Below are positions 11,046 through 25,599 of a stretch of 64,000 nt of DNA, piece by piece. The DNA is from Octopus sinensis. Taxonomy: Eukaryota. Each line of letters opens with the position of its first letter. Within the stretch, counting starts at the first letter, position 1. Both the position numbers and the translations under genes were made by a program. The stretch is from the NCBI RefSeq assembly GCF_006345805.1, contig NC_043002.1:42470001-42534000 (forward strand), read 5' to 3'. The notes under the pieces were generated by a model that searched no databases, had not been told where the DNA came from, and was given only the letters and a program-made list of their open reading frames with translations.

Positions 11046-14000
11046 TTGCAATTGTGACTGTAATAAAAAATAATGCCATCTGCATTAATGAAAATTACTT
11101 TCAAGAGACAAGGGAGAGAATTCATGTGACCAGAAATTAGGTTTGTTAGTCTGTATTCAATTATGTTCTTCACTGGAAAAGATCATAAATACAAGTATAT
11201 ATTGTGTGTGTGGAAATATCTAACTCTTATTTGTTCATCATCATTGCTTTATATCCATTGCTTATGCTGGCATTTGCTTGATGGGTTCACCACAATCTTA
11301 CTTTGAAGTTCCTGCCATCAACAATAGGTTAGAGAACATGTCTCACTTGTACATTCCATTTTTAGCATGGCTTCTTATGGTTGGATACCCTCCCTAATAC
11401 CCACTAATTTACAGTGTGCTGGGTACATTTTATCATGACACTAGCACTAGACAGCTTTTCTTGTCGTCATCCCCATGTTGTCTCTGTTCATTTGTCTATC
11501 ATTTTGCAGAGTGTACTGAGTACATTCTACTGCAACACAGTTAAAGAGACCCTTCTACCCTGTCTCCATTCATTCAAATCAGCATGATTAAGAAGTGAGA
11601 TAACTAGAATCAGAGAGTGGTAGAAGAGAAAGTATAACAAGAGGAAACAGAAATAGGGGCAAAAGGGTGAGAGATGAAGAATTGATGGAAGAGACAGTGA
11701 TAGATAGCTACATGCTTGTTGTTAATGAGATTGAATAGATAGAAAAACAAGATTTAGAGTGATAAGATGGAGACAGGATGATCATGGAATTCTTACCTAC
11801 TCATTTCCTACTTATTAAGTGTGTCAGTTTCCCTAATGGTTAAAGAGTTCTGTTTTTCATACTTAAGTAATTACAAAATTTACTTTGAGGTTACTCAATT
11901 TGAGGTTTTGCTGCTATGTCCAAAATTTCTTCTCTAAAACCTCTATATGAATTAGATCAACAGCATACCGAAGTTTCTGTTCATAGTTGGTCATAAATCC
12001 TCTGTTATGATCCAGAAGACTTAAGTGAACAAGACAACCATGCCCTGATGGACTGACCCTACCCATTTGCTAAATTTATCACTGAACATATTGATAATTC
12101 ATACTTTTATGACTGCACCTATGTACATGGTGTCTACATGGTGTCTTACATGGCTCTCATAATTCATTTATCTATTGCTGTTTTCTTTAGCAATCATCAC
12201 ATTACAGAACATGGGACCCAGTCAAATACTTTCTCCATGTTGATGTGTGTTAGATATCGTGGTTTACTCTTAGCTAAATACTTTTTTTAGTTGTCTCACT
12301 CGAGAAATAGCATTAACAGTATGTCTTTCTAATCTAAAACCAAATTGGGTCTCATCCTAAGTCTATTTTTAATCAGTTATGCTGTAGCTCTGCCTATAAT
12401 TTTTATAATCTAATCCATTAATTTGATGCTTCAAATTGTTGCTTTTCTGTAGTGCATCTCCTCTACCTGCTGACATTAATACCACTGTACTAATAATTAG
12501 GTATGACGCCTCTCTGTACTATCAGGTTGACTATCTAAGTGATTAGCTTATGACATGTTTTACTGGATAGATGTTTTAAGCATCTCAATGATTGTTCCTG
12601 ATGTTTCAGCTGCCTTCCATGTTTTCATTTTCTTAAACTCCACTTACAAATATAATACTGTCAACTTCAATGGCTGGTCCAGTGGTTACCCCTAGGAAAT
12701 CTTCTGTTGGATGTACTTGGAGTAGACCTCCTTACATTCTACTCATTTAACTCGTGTGCATGTACATATATAAAAATTTGCAACTCATCTACCATCAGTG
12801 CTGCATCCGAAGCTAAGTACCACCTCTGAGCTCCTGTAGAAGTATATGAATGTTCATTATCAGGATCATTATTTTATATAACAAGGGAATTATATCAGTT
12901 ACAGAAATTTACCTGTTAGAAATAGGTTTTATTCTATTGCACACATTAAAAATATCAGTTGAATTTTAATAATGTAAAGGAAAAGAATTTCACCTTTAAA
13001 ATGTTCTGCATTTAATTCCCTTTTGAGCTGAGGATGGACTGTTAGTACAAACTATACAATGAATGTCGGACAGTATGTTTATGGATATGGTTAGGAGTAA
13101 TTTATGGAATATGTCAAATATAAATATAGGAAATAGAGACACTGATGACAGCTCAGGATAACATTACAATTGAACAAAGCTGTCAGGCAAGTGTGAAAAA
13201 ATATATACTGATGCAGATTTTATTTTGTAATGTATGTTCACTATAAGAGATAGGTCATGAAATAAACGTATTGTGCTAAAATAAGAAAACATTTTTTTTT
13301 TAATATTAGCTTGTGAAAATTAATAGCGTAGGCTAATTATAACTTTATTGATAGCAGTTTAATTACCTATTAATATGATGTTCTTCAAAATAACTAATTT
13401 GTACTAGAAATAGCTAATAAATTTCTCTTTTCCTTACAAATTTAGCTTAGTAAGCAATTTTGTTTTATTAGTCTGCTTAAGTAGTTCTTTAAAAAGGGGG
13501 CTGTATAAGGCTTTAATTTGAATGTTATTATGTTTTACACAGTGTCCATCTACTGGTTAGCAATTCATCTGAAGCACTCTTAGATGGAACTAAAAAGAAA
13601 AAGAAAATAGCCATAGTCACAACTAATATATCCAATGCACTGACTGAGGATTATATTCAAATGCTGGGGCCAAATATAAACTGAGTTGGCAGCAATTGAT
13701 TGTTAATTGTGATACAAGTGATGTTAATACTAATGGTAATGGTAATGATCAAAAATGACCAAAACCTAATTTATTCTGTCAGGGAGTTTAGTTTATGGTT
13801 TGTAGATCAAGGATTTTTTTTGTTAAATAATTTTTGCTTGACCAGTTATCGGTCATATGTCAATAGCTTTATTAGTTTTTCTACTTCAGGATATAAATAA
13901 TCAGACATCATTCTAGTCAAATAATTTAATATTTTTCAAAAGAGAATTATCTAGCTTAGCTACTTTCAGCTACAGCAATGTTTCTTATTACTGTTTGTAT

Positions 14001-14779
14001 TAATGATACTAGAGAAACAGACTGGGTTTTATATAGTATCAAGTCTAATATCTCGTTCAGAGATCAAATCTTGCCATGGTCAATACAATAAATAAAAGTA
14101 ATTTTTGGGGCTTAATAAACTATTTTAAGCTTTCCCCTTAAAATAATTAAACCTGAGCTAGCTGACACTAATTGTGTAGATAAGTTATCACTGGTCTGGA
14201 TTTACCAACAAAGTCCACTTATTGAAACCATTTAACTTTATGTCCATTTAAGTATGTCACACCATTTGTTAAAGCATAATCATTAACCTTCCTCTTATCT
14301 TCTCTCTTGAGCATTTCTGACTTCATGTGACTTGTATAAGCTAAAATTATTGTTGTTACTTTTCGTTAGATTGTCCCAGTATCAAATAGCCTATACACTG
14401 TGCCAAAATATATAAGAAGTTTGTTAGTCCTTTCAAAGTTTTGGAGAATCTGAGAAATGTCGACAATTACAAATATGTTGCTCTGCATTGGTTGATTTTA
14501 ACATTTGACATCTCTTAATGTAACTTTACAATCATATCCTTTCCTCCCAAGGAATCATTTTACTTTTCATATCTCTCTCTTCACGTGATTCTAAGCAGTT
14601 TTCACATTAACATGATCATATAACATACCACTCTGTTTGGTTTCTTGAATGCCTGCTGACATCTCTAACTTGTTTTAAACCTTGATTCTAACATTTCTGA
14701 ATCTCTTTCACAGACTTGATTTACATTACTTTCATATCAATTCCTTGTTATTATCCTGCAGGAGTGCAGACATCAACAT

Positions 14780-15950
14780 GCATATCCTCTTGCTAATGTC
14801 TGAAGGAGTTAGCTGGACTCTGTTCCCAGTGTGCCATCCCAGTTTTTAAAAAGAAAATAAGTCACTCACCAGCTTAGTAAATTACTGTCTGATCTCACTA
14901 ACACATCTGAGAGGATGGTAAAATCAAAAATAACTGCCTTTTAAGAGAAAAATCTACTTCTTTCTCCCTACTAACATGGATTTTGTGGTAACAGTGACTG
15001 CCTAAAACAGCTTTTCCATCACTTTGATATCATCCTAAATTCTCTGGGAGAAGGTTACAATACAGATGTCATTTATTTTGACATCAGTAAAGCTTTTAAC
15101 AGTCTATCACTGAATGCGGCTGTGTTTGGCCCACTTCTGTTTATAAGTTACACGAATGACATTGGAAATGTCATCAAAATAGCAAAAAAAAGAAATTGTT
15201 GCAGATGACTGAGTTCCAGAAAGTCATCAAAGATATCTTTGACTGAACAGAACTCTAATTCAATCTATATGCTGTGATTTGATGGGTGAAAAACAACACA
15301 CTGCTAAATGAGGAAACATTCAAGCCCATTTACTTTGGGAAAGGGAACATACTTAAACAGCTGCATTCTTTTCCCTTGGGTGTGGGCTCCCCATAGCACC
15401 AAAAAAATAAAAACATCAGAGACTTAGGTATAACTGTGGACAGCAACTTAAGTTGTGGCACTTACATCAACAATTGACATAGCTTGCGGATTGTGCTTAT
15501 GGATCCCTTGAACTTACCTTTCTAGAGATCCTGAAACCATCATTCTTCTTTTCTCTATGTTTGTCAGGTCACATTGGAACTGAAACACCCTGGCAATTGA
15601 TCACAAAAGAAAGTGATTATAAGTGTTGACTATTGGGATCACTTCAAGAAGCTCAAACTTTATTCTTTTCAATACCACTATGAGCACTACATTATTTATA
15701 AAATCTAGAAAATATTCCATCAATGCCTATGCAAACAATCCTGGCATAAATTTTATTGCAACATAGCAACACAACATTTTTGCCTCGGACAGTCCTGCTT
15801 TATTCAACATTATCCCAAAAGAAATTAATAAAGTAAAAGAGCTCATAACATTCAAATGGTACCTGGACAAATTCCACCAAAAAATACCAGATAGAACACT
15901 CACATCAGAGTAAACAGCTCTCTGTTTGTGTAGGCTATGATGTCCTAAAA
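14780..15950 (+). mobile_element. Heavily decayed CR1-clade LINE reverse-transcriptase region
   Basis: Broken frames give HGFCGNSDCLKQL, DVIYFDISKAF (15065-15097), FGPLLFISYTND, ADD, RDLGITVDSNL and YWDHFKKLKLYS, in the order expected for CR1 RT. Confidence 0.72.
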
Positions 15951-17269
15951 CATTACTTTTAAAAACTATCTTAAATGGTGCTATAAGTTAGATATGGCCT
16001 GGCTAATAATGACTGAAACCTAACTTATTGTGTATGTCGGTTTAGTTTACTATTTGTAGACTCTAGAGGGTTTTTTTCTGTTAAATAATTTCAGATAGTA
16101 TAGTTATCATTAAGATGTCAATAACTTCATTAGGATATAAATAAAGAAAAGACACCATTCTAGTCAAGTAATTTAATATTTTTCAACACTATTTCCCCCT
16201 TTTTCATGCATATTAGCCAGATTTTTTTATGTATGTGTTAAACCTCAATGGAAGAAAGCAACTATTAAAAACAGGTTGTTGTTGTTGCCCTAGTGATCCT
16301 TGATTAAGCAAACTTATGAGCAAAAAGAATTCCTGTCATAACAATTCCATCTTAAAGTATCTAGGTCTATTTTACTCAGTGACTCCTCTCTTGTCTAAAA
16401 TAATAGGGTGTGTTTTTAAAGAAATTCAGTTGCTATTTCTAGTAGTTTGAATGACCACGTAGTGTCTTTTACTGGTTTGTAACTGCTTATATTTTCAACA
16501 ATCAACAAAGAATATCATATTGAAGCAAAATTCTTCTTTAGAAATTTTCAGAGCATTGTAATTCAGTGGCTTATTTGTTTCTTCTCAGAAGCAAATATTT
16601 CCAATCTTGTTTGTCATTTTATCATCCACCACAGGTTTCCTGAATATTAAGAGAATTTATAATTATATGGTGGCTTCCTACTTCATTTGTTGTGTATTCA
16701 GTCTATTAACAATTGCCATACAATTATCATGCCTGGCATGTATTATGTGGCTTCTTATCACATGTGTTTTTGATCAACATTATCATTCAAATACCTGGTT
16801 AGCATTCCTATGAAGATCAAAGCTTTTGTCTTATGTATTTAGGAATGTATTTTATCTAGAGTTGTTTTCGTCATTAAAAATTACTAGTTTAAGAAATCTA
16901 ATTTGGCATTAAAAAATCCAGTCTTACAAGCTAAATATTTTCATTGGATATGGGCAGTCTTTGATGCAGATGAATCTATCCCCACTCCTCTCTTACCAAA
17001 AACAATTTCTGAAGACTTTTGTGCTTTTTACTTTCTTTCTCATCCTTGTTGTTCTACTGTTTATTTACAGTAACTTTGTGGATACTTCCTCCTATCTACA
17101 GCCCAAGAATTTACCCTTATATGTATGTCTACACCAGTCCACTTCATTGTTCAGTTGAATTCCCTTTGCTGTGAAAACCACTTTCATCTTGAATAAACCA
17201 AGAGTTTCTCACCATTCTAGCATGTAACTTTTTCTATGTCTTAAATCATGCAGCCTTTTTTTTTTTTAA

Positions 17270-17489
17270 CCCTTTAGTGTTCAGATTACTCTGTTAAATG
17301 TAATATTTTTTTACTCAAATTGTTTTGAATTAATCAAGCATTATCTTATAGCTTTGAGGTTTCAATGATGTGATTGTTTATTTTTAGAATGTCAATGTAG
17401 GTTAGGTGTGAGAGACTAGATATCGCCCGTTTGAATATAAAACATGTAGAATATCTGGGCCAGATATGGCCAGTTTAAACACTAAAGGG
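17270..17489. mobile_element. piggyBac-type non-autonomous MITE (220 bp)
   Basis: Perfect terminal inverted repeats CCCTTTAGTGTT / AACACTAAAGGG, flanked by TTAA on both sides (17266-17269, 17490-17493). Confidence 0.8.
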
Positions 17490-17589
17490 TTAAATGTTTA
17501 TTAGAAATTTAATGATTTCAAATAGTTTCACAATCACATTTTTTTAAAAGATTTTCTTATGTTTTGCACAGGTATATTTCATGTTTTAA

Positions 17590-17777
17590 TCCTTCAGCAT
17601 TCAGATTACTCAAACAAATCCAATGCTTATTTATTCACATCGTTTTGAGTCAAGATTTCAGTGATGTGACTGTTTTAGAACGATATTGTAGGATAGATGT
17701 AAGAGGCTGGATCTTATTTTCAATGTAAAATGGTAGAATATTTCAGGCCAGATATAGATGGTTTAAATACTTTAGGG
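17590..17777. mobile_element. Second, more degenerate copy of the same piggyBac-type MITE
   Basis: TTAA flanks, tccttcagcattcagattactc start, tttaggg end. Internal similarity to 17270-17489. Confidence 0.7.
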
Positions 17778-20459
17778 TTAAACTTGGTTTCTTGCAGTCA
17801 GTTATCTTAAAAACTGAACTCTGTTGATTTTCCTTTGTATCAGTTATCTTTTCAGTTTAGATTTGATATTAATGTTACTTCTCTCATTGCTTAACTGAAT
17901 ATTCTATAATGAGTAAGTGTTGTAGAATTCAATAGGCACATTGTTAAAAGTCTTAGTTTGGGCAGTTTAATTCAATTTCCTTATTATGGGTTAATTTCAG
18001 GAGTGCATTCAGTTTCAATAAGAAAATTCTTCTAACAAGTTTCCCTTATCTTCTTCCACGGTACCTTTTCATTTCATAATATTGTGGTAGATTTTCCTCC
18101 CTATTGTTCATTTTCAGATGTTATTTCTAAAATCTGTTCTCTCATCATTGCTATTTTCTATTGAATTTGTTGCAGATGTTTCTGTTTGTTTCTCCCCTTT
18201 CCATAGACCAGTATTAAGTATCAAATGTTTGCATTCTTCTTAAATCTGCTGGCAATATCTCACAGATTTTGAACAGTCATGTGATGGTGTTTTGGAAACT
18301 CTTGGTTCCATGCCACTTTTAATCTGGTCATGAATACTCTGCCTTTTCTTCATTCATTTCTATCCTCAATACTGCAATATTTTTATATTAGTAGTTCATG
18401 TAATGTAATAGCTTCTATTATGTTTCTTTTGCACAAGTTTATTGGATTTTCTCTATTTCATCCAAGAGAACAACTATACTTCACAACTCTTCTCTAAATG
18501 TATGCATTATTATTAGTTGGCAGAAAGTTCATTACCTATTAAGTCCTGCCTCTCAACATTATGAGTTCAAATTCTGCCAAGATTATCTTTGCCTTTCAAC
18601 CTATTGGCGACATTAAAATAAGTATGAGTAATAAATAAACTGGCATCAAATCAGTCAATTACACCCCTCTCCAGCAAAAATTAGCCTTGTCTCTAATCAA
18701 AAAAAATTCCCATCCTTTATCATTACTACCATTTTTATTATTCATTTATTATTCCTATTTATAGTCATTGTGCCTGTTTGTTTGCAAAAGAAAATGAATG
18801 TCTATTTTACTAATAACTCTTACTTCTGATTTCTTATTTATTCATTTTTTTTATATATATTGAAATGTCCTGTAATGTTGGAAATATATTTTTGGTGACC
18901 TTGTAGCAATTAAATAAATCATCATTGTTGCTGTTGTAGGAACTCATCACTATCTTGAAATTTATAAAAGCTGTAGTAGTTTCCTCACTCTTTCTCTCTC
19001 TCTCTCTCTCATGCACACACATACATTTGCTCACCTACTAACAAATTTAGTGTTAACTTAACCAGTTCCAGTTTGGTTGTTAAGAGCATAAATTATTTAG
19101 ACAGTAAATATGTAATAACTTTTTTCATTAATGTATCTTCTTTATTTAGTATCGCTGATCCTGTTTCTAAGTATGTGGTCATATGACTTGAACTCCATTT
19201 TAGGCACAGACATTTTGAGATTAAGTAAATGAATAAATATAGATGAGGAAACTGTTAAGATTTGACATCCAAAAATTACAGGTTAGAGTTTGCTCTATTA
19301 AAAATGCTTCAAAATTCTTTCCAATTAATCTCTTATCTTTCTCATTTTTGCCTTATGACTAAAAAAAATTGCCTTGTACTGTTTCCACTAAGGCAACTGT
19401 TACCAAAATTGACAGGCTCGGGTGTTTTAAGGGCTAGAAGAGTTAACTCAGAAGAGATGATATATAGCTAGACAATTTTCATCATCTAGCTTGTGTTTCT
19501 GAGTCAATATCATCTTTGTCTTTTGTAGCTAAAATAAGTATCAGTTTTAATAAATAAATATTTAGTCACACTGTGAGTCTAATTTCATGAACATGATTCC
19601 ATATATTTATATATGAACACATGCTGTTATGATACTCTAATAATTAGTACCAAACTGGTAGGCTACATAACTTGTTAAGTTGTAAAATTAGCCCTTTCTC
19701 TAAGAGAAACAAGTTATATTGGTTTTTATATCTGTATGGATTGATGGTTACTAGAATTTTACATAAATTGTTGAAGTAGACATTTAAAAAAATAGTTTGT
19801 TTATTTTTTTATAGCATCCATAAATAGCTTTTGATAAACATTTCAAAGCTTTCATCGAACATGTTACTATTTCGTTTGACTCACAAGTATTGAAGAGTAA
19901 CAGTTACAGATAACCTCTTAAGTTGAATGCACGGTTGCTCTTTGATTCACAATCAAGATCATTTTGTTTCACTTAAGCTTTTAATACTTTTAATATAATC
20001 ATGATGACTCAGAAGTGGGGTGTTTATTAGACACTTTTCATTATCTAGTTGTTTTTTTTTATTTGATTGCATTCCCTTTATCTATAAGTGAATGGTATAT
20101 AACCTCTTTGTATCAACTCTAATATTTTACTGGTACTCAATACAAAGAAAATGTGGTTGGTTGTGTAACTGTGTGTCTTTCTCAAGGCTCTTGATAACAT
20201 ATATGAAGTAAAGTTGCAACAACCAGAAATCAAAATTGAATCACAGACACAACTCCACTTCTAACACCATTATTAGTAGACTTTAATCTACTAAATAACA
20301 TTCTACCACATCTAACTTCATAATCATTTGGCAGACAATACAGTGAGTATAGTAGTTGGAGAGATAAACTGACAGTAAACCAAGTCCATGGCTTGTCACA
20401 ATTAAGGACATTTGCTTCATTCAAACACTTCCTTAGTCATGACTACAGCTATTCTTTTG

Positions 20460-22200
20460 AACAGTGAACGAAGTGCAAACAACTTTGGATGCAAGCTGTA
20501 CTGTAGGACCTTTGCAACTGAGGGGCTTGAAGATTGTAAGTAGAGGACAGGCCTTTATGGATGATGTGACACTTCTATTGACAGAGAAGCAAATCCTGCA
20601 GAGTGCCCTCTTGAGGCTAGATGAGTTTGTGAAGTGGTCAAGGATGTGATTGAGAGCAAAAAGTCACATAGTCTAAAATTTATTAAGGGAGTTCAAAAAG
20701 AAGTTAAGTTTAAAATAGCTGAAGAAAACATTCTAACAATCAAGGAAGAACCCGTCAAGAGCATGGGACGTGTATACACTTGAACATTGTCAGATAAGAG
20801 TCATAAGATGCAAATTGTAAAACAAGCCAAGGAAGGATTAACAGCAATCGATAACTCAAAGCTACCAGATAAATATAAAATACGATGCTTACAGTTTGGC
20901 TTGTATCTGCCCTTTCGTGTCCACTTTTAATAAATGAGGTGGCATTGTCACGAGTTCAAGTTATTGAACAAAAGTTTAATTTGTTCATTAGAAGGCAGTT
21001 AGGCCTGCCTCGTATATTGAACAGTTCAGCTCTCTATCATAAAACAGGCTCATTGCAGTTACCACTGGCATCAGTAGTCAAAATTTATAAACTAGGCAAG
21101 GTATGGACGGTGATGATACTAAGAGAATCAAAGGATATAGAAATCAGGCATAATTCACTAGATGTAAAAACAACCAGGAAGTGGAAAGCAAAGACTGATG
21201 TCATTCTGTCTTCACTTACACACCGAGATATGGTGGGTGCAATGCAAATTCATTGGAAGGGACTTGGATTTGATGCAGATCGGTTCAGACAGTTTGCAAG
21301 TATGATGCAGAGTGAATGCAGATCTGTTGTTAGCAAGTGTCAAAACAAGGGGAACAGAGAGAGGAGAGCTTCATTTGATCCAATATGCTTAACAAAGACA
21401 GATGATGAAATAGGAAGAACATGTTGAGAGAAAAATAAGTTGGAATGAGATCTGGAGGTGGACAATATCATGGCTAAGTTTTCTGATTCATTCATCTCAT
21501 GATGTCTTGTCATTGCCTACAAATCTAGTAAGATGGAACATCTCAGAAAATGATATATACAAATGCAGCAAAGTCAGAACACTGAAACATATTCTTTCCA
21601 ACTGTTCACTGGCATTGAACAGATATACATGGAAACACAATCTGGTCCTTAAGATTATCTTCAATGCTATAAAGAACCAAATTGCTCTCTTCAACAGTGA
21701 AAAAAAAAACCATTGAAAGTATCAAGCAGAGATTTCATTACTTTCATGCACTCAGGACGGCAGATCCATTTCAAGAAGAAACTTCCTTTGAGCAATGAAA
21801 AGTGGAACGGCTATTGGGAGGTGGCTGCAAATTGACCAAGGTGCCAAGGATTCTTTCCCATCCCAGTTGCGAAAAAAATGGATATTATAATGTGGTGTAA
21901 AAGAAAGTGGTAAATCTAGTTGAGTTAACTACTCCTCATGAAGATAACATGGATGCTGCTCAGGATTGAAAGATTGACCATTATGTAAACCTCCTTGAGG
22001 TATGTGAAGACACAGGCTGGAAAGTGGAGCATTTTCCAATCGAAGTCGGACGTAGAGGATTTGTTGGACACAGTGTGAGGCAACTGTTATTATCGTTGGA
22101 CCTATCTCATCGTAAAGCAAATACCACCATGAGCAATATCCAAACTACAGTGGAAAAGGCTAGCCACTGGATTTGGTTAAAAAGAGACAATGAGTGATGG
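20460..22200 (+). mobile_element. 5'-truncated, decayed non-LTR retrotransposon with C-terminal restriction-like endonuclease (R2 superclade, HERO-like)
   Basis: RT motif AFMDD at 20551-20565, then EEPVKSMG and thumb region (ORF 20885-21427). Zn-knuckle remnant CSKVRTLKHILSNC, and RLE motifs DIIMW, VVNLVELTTPHEDN and PIEVGRRGFVG. Several stops and frameshifts. Confidence 0.78.
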
Positions 22201-22544
22201 CTAGAAGAATATTGAATTATGTCTGATAACCAGTTGATCTAGCAAGCGGGGCCTCATGTTAGTGAGTGGGGTGAGGTAGTGTGCAATAATTTTGATGAGC
22301 AGTAGGCCCCAAAATGGCAGGCATTCTCTCCTGATGCTCCCATACACTTGCTGGCTTCCAGTATGCAGAGTTTTCGGCTAGTAGCACTTGCATGTGCAAG
22401 TTGTTGGGAAAACGTCTTCCATTTACCATTTTCATCAATCTTAGGCTTCATGGCTAATTAGAGAGGACACTGGGGAACCACTTCAATGAAGCTTACTTAG
22501 TACAATATGACAGCATCTGGAAGTAGATACATTATATACATATT

Positions 22545-22545
22545 C

Positions 22546-22615
<70 letters not shown>
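22545..22615. repeat. (TA)n(CA)n microsatellite
   Basis: Direct reading. Confidence 0.9.
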
Positions 22616-22620
<5 letters not shown>

Positions 22621-24587
22621 AAAAGCAGTGGGGAGAATAGTCTTTACAGTACACAAGTCCTACTAAAGACCTTCCTCAACAAACATGAAAGCATAACTAA
22701 CAGTCACTTCAGCAAAGTTTTTCTCCTGAGAGTGAATTTCCTAAAATATATTCACCTTTCAGATCAACCCTATATTGTATGCTGTCCATGCTGGTTTCAT
22801 CACACACTGCCTCCAGTTGAGTTGGTTGTGTTTTCTCTATTTCCTTTTGCAGACAGTTGAATGTGGCACTGTGATGTTAGATAACTAGCACCCCAGTGTC
22901 AAGTATGACTTGCTCTTTGCTGTCTGATTTGTAGGATATGTAGCTAACTCAACACTTCTCAAATATTTTTTAAGATCTTTTTTCTTCAAGTAAATGTGAA
23001 GCACTCATAGCTCTCCTAATTTTTTTCTTTTTAGTTATTTCCTCAGTATTTATAGTTGTTTATACCAGAAAGAATCATCTCATTTGAACTATTTCATATG
23101 TGAAATATTTTCTCCTTTTTTGTTTCTCGTCTTTCATTAACAATATTCTGAATTGTGTGTTTGTGTGTGTTTAAATAGGCGAAAATGTGCTTGTAGCTTT
23201 TGTACACCTTCTTATACTGGTTTCTGGTAATACAGTAAATTTCCAATTTGTATTATGTTAGATCAGTATTTGAAGAAAAAATTTATACGGGATGAAATTT
23301 CCAATGGGATACAAATGGAATGAAAAGATTATAACTGGGCTTTCAGATGATATTCAATAGGATTTGTAGGGAGACAGCTGATTGCATTTAGTGAGCCTTT
23401 GTGAGCCTAAACACTTCATATCTAATATTCTCTATATATAAATATATCTTTTATCAGTGTTTGATTAAAAGCTGCTGTGACCCACATTTGATAAGATTAA
23501 CTTGAAGAAGAAAGGAATATGGAAGTGTTAGATTAATAATTTCTTTAGAATTTTCTGTGTAATATAAACAAACTGGGAAAATGAGTTTTTTTAGTTGATT
23601 GTTATTGAAATTGTTCAGAAGTTTCTTAAAGAGTTTTTGTAAGTGGTAGGCAAGGCACAGTTATGGCTATTGATCTTAGGATGTAGAAATAAGGAAACAA
23701 TTAGCAAATTGTGAAGCTAAGGTCAATTAAATGATGGACTGAGGAAATACAAATGGCAAGAAGCTGAGTGCTATAATTTTTTATATTGTTAAATATTAAA
23801 ATAAATATCAGAATATTTCTAGGTTTGGGAAATACAAACAGCTGGTTCACATTTCCTTGATTACAACCATTTTGGGTTGTAAAAATATAACATTGATTTA
23901 TTTAAATTCAATTCTATTTGACAAGCGACTTGAGTATAGTTGAAAGCATTAAGAGTTATTGAAGATTTTTCTTAATTATAGACTATAAGATGTGGTTGTT
24001 GATATCTTGTTTCATTGACAAGATGATTCAAATTAGAGTTAAACAGAAATATGCAGCTGTGTCAACCATTCCAACTAATGCTAACTGAAAAAGCAGAGGA
24101 AATATTGCTAACATTCAGTAATTTGTTTATGTGTATGTATGATTATAGAAGTGAGTTCCTGGACATGCCCTGTAATTATCTTACATTTTCTTATTAAATC
24201 CAAACTTCACCATTATTTTTTAAAAATTGTATGAACTATAGACTAGTAGCAACATTCATAATTTACTGAAATGTTGTCTTAACATTGTAATGTCAATTCT
24301 AGCACATTTAGATGACATAGTCCAAAGTTGTTCACAAGATCAAGTATACCAGTAATTATTAACATTGGCTTCCAGTTTTAATGAGAACTATTTTTGCTTA
24401 AATTTTCTTACCAGAACTATTATTCATGAGGTATAAGGATTCAAAAGACTTTATCTTAGATCATGGTAATCTTGAACTGGCTAGCTTGCCACCTAAACAT
24501 TATTACTTGATAGTTTTGGGGGTGATTTTTAAGGATCAGGATAATATTCAACTGCATAGGATGAAAATGAATAGCCAATAATATGAT

Positions 24588-24755
24588 GGTGGGAGTTCAA
24601 ATTCCACCGAGGTCGACTTTGCCTTTCATCCTTTCGGGGTTGATTAAATTAGTACCAGTTACGCACTGGGGTCAATATAATCGACTTAATCCATTTGCCT
24701 GTCCTTGTTTGTCCCCTCTGTGTGTAGCCCCTTGTGGGCAGTAAAGAAATAATAT
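24588..24755 (+). mobile_element. tRNA-derived SINE fragment (second family)
   Basis: B-box-like gagttcaaattcc followed by gaggtcgactttgcctttcatcctttcgggg. Degenerate relatives at about 14050, 18560, 31810 and 58090. Confidence 0.65.
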
Positions 24756-25599
24756 GATGGTCTCAAACATAATATCAATTCTACTTTTACATATCTGCTT
24801 TCTGACCAGGGTTTATTTTTACTTTTGTATTGAGGCATTGAAGTGATGGTAAGAGGCCTGAAACCATTAATATTACCAGTTACCACTAGATCAACTAAAT
24901 TGTATCTGTTTGCACACCCGTGTGACTTCAAGGTTTCTTTTTTGTAATTCAATGATTTTTACAGTGTATTTTGTAATTCAATGATTTTACAATAACTCAG
25001 TATCACAGTAAAGATAGTCAGGTGCTGTGACTTAGCATAAAATAAATGTCTGTATTGTGAAACACAACACTGGTGCCAGCTGTCTGCTATAAGCTCAACT
25101 ATAGACCATAGCAATGAACAACAATTCTTGCTCTTGTAACTTTACTATTCAATGTTTCTCTTACTGTCAAATGTTACATGGGGTAAGGGGGAGACTTTCT
25201 TGTGTCACTTAGCTCTGAAATGTTTCAAAGATAGTGAATAGATAAAAAATATAGTTGTGAAAGGTTACTTGTAATATTAGCACTTTTTTTTTTCCTTTTG
25301 AAGCTCTTTATTTTTCATTTTAACCCAATTGATGCCAACCTAGTTGACACTGCCCCAGGGTATATAATACAAAACATTACTTGATTTAAAATGTTCGTAT
25401 TAAATCAAAACTTTATTTTGCATAAAAACTTTTCTTTTACTTACATTCCAAATATCAACTTAAGTAAATAGTTATTTTATCAAATTCCACCAAATTCTTG
25501 ATTATTTTCAAGATTAATTGAAATTCACATACAGAATATTTCATAAACAAAATATGAATATGAGAGGGTTGAACTGCATATGTTAACTAAATAGTTATA

